A stretch of DNA of 64,000 bases from Candidatus Cloacimonadales bacterium (GTDB lineage: Bacteria; Cloacimonadota; Cloacimonadia; Cloacimonadales; DAONDQ01). The notes below the pieces were generated by a model, which was not told where the DNA came from, made no database searches, and saw only the letters and a program-made list of their open reading frames with translations. The stretch lies in assembly GCA_963662275.1 (NCBI GenBank), contig OY759316.1, positions 64,001 through 128,000 on the forward strand. Reading direction: 5' to 3'. The position numbers and the translations under genes were made by a program. This document shows, piece after piece, positions 63,328-64,000 of the stretch. Every line of letters starts with the position of its first letter. Within the stretch, counting starts at the first letter, position 1.

Positions 63328-64000
63328 TCATCTTGTCTTCTTAATTAAAACAAATCTGGTGATAAAAACAAAGACGATGGTCATGAAAATAATCATGCCA
63401 ATATCAATGAACAAATTATCTGCATTAAAACCGATGGCATCTGTAATGACTGAATTATCTTCGAGAATAACAAGCTGTTCAAAAGCCCAACGGCTTAGCA
63501 TGAATCCAGCTAAGATATTAACGCCTTCCGGTATGTTGCCAAAAGGAACGATCAAACCACCTAAGATGACTTGTGGTATCAGGGTTATGGGAACCAATGC
63601 CATGGCAGTTTCTCCTGTCTTTACTACAGCAGATAATGCTAATCCCATACTCAGTGCGGAGATAGATGTCATAGTTAGAGTGAGGTTAAGAATAAAAAAG
63701 TTCACGCTCATATCAGCAGTAATGTATGCTGCAAAGCTTAATATTAGGCATTGGAATGCACAAAGCAAAGAAAGAACGCAAACTTTTGACCACAGGTAAG
63801 CATCGATATTGAGATTGGCTTTTTGCTCTCTTTTAAAGATCGTCTGTTCTGTGACAATTTCCCTGGCTGAATTGGAACACCCTAACCAGATAGCTGCTAC
63901 AATTAGCACAAAATAGAGTGACTCAATCCTATCAGTTGATCTGAATACAAGAAAGATAAAGAGACCAATGATCGGAGCTTGCAAAAGCAGGACTGCGGCA
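63328..64000 (-). CDS. ABC-2 type membrane domain (C-terminal part of a larger ABC exporter), runs off right edge
   Basis: 'LLLQAPIIG', 'SNSAREIVTEQTIFKRE', 'YLWSK', 'IPQVILGG', 'SRWAFE'. Confidence 0.85.
   Translation of the reverse strand, partial: AAVLLLQAPIIGLFIFLVFRSTDRIESLYFVLIVAAIWLGCSNSAREIVTEQTIFKREQKANLNIDAYLWSKVCVLSLLCAFQCLILSFAAYITADMSVNFFILNLTLTMTSISALSMGLALSAVVKTGETAMALVPITLIPQVILGGLIVPFGNIPEGVNILAGFMLSRWAFEQLVILEDNSVITDAIGFNADNLFIDIGMIIFMTIVFVFITRFVLIKKTR

Noticed and set aside
63290..63799. 169-aa plus-strand ORF
   Set aside because: Antisense shadow of the ABC membrane domain; begins inside the repeat

Overview
Bacterial chromosomal window, AT-rich, most likely from an FCB-superphylum organism such as Candidatus Cloacimonadota. 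This is an inference from many secreted proteins ending in a FlgD-Ig/T9SS-type 'YPNPFNP...KVILMK' domain, the porX-tsaE pairing and a gingipain-like C25 protease. Left to right: (1) partial CDF transporter; (2) a minus-strand Type III-like restriction-modification locus with a HigBA-like toxin-antitoxin pair between res and mod and a small HNH gene downstream; (3) a minus-strand housekeeping run (M48-TerB, TPR, SLT, rseP, tgt with an apparent ATT start, MORN protein, panB, hypothetical, porX, tsaE); (4) a ~26 kb cluster of secreted proteins with four domain-shuffled endonuclease I paralogues (477 to 2361 aa) carrying two different C-terminal domains, plus a LamG-like protein and a C25 protease, interrupted by an islet encoding an ABC-ATPase with a nuclease-like partner and a 5'-truncated HEPN gene; (5) olsB/olsA-like acyltransferases, a U32 protein, an apparently inactive UvrC-like protein, purC, signalling genes, a secreted OB-cohesin-metallophosphoesterase, gap, fba, an EIIA-CBS fusion and a partial ABC permease. 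Intergenic DNA is dense with REP-like hairpins, heptamer tandem repeats, two dispersed elements and an 11x28-bp tandem array inside perfect 32-bp inverted repeats. I found no rRNA, tRNA, CRISPR array, transposase or integrase. All domain calls are by motif recognition, not database search.
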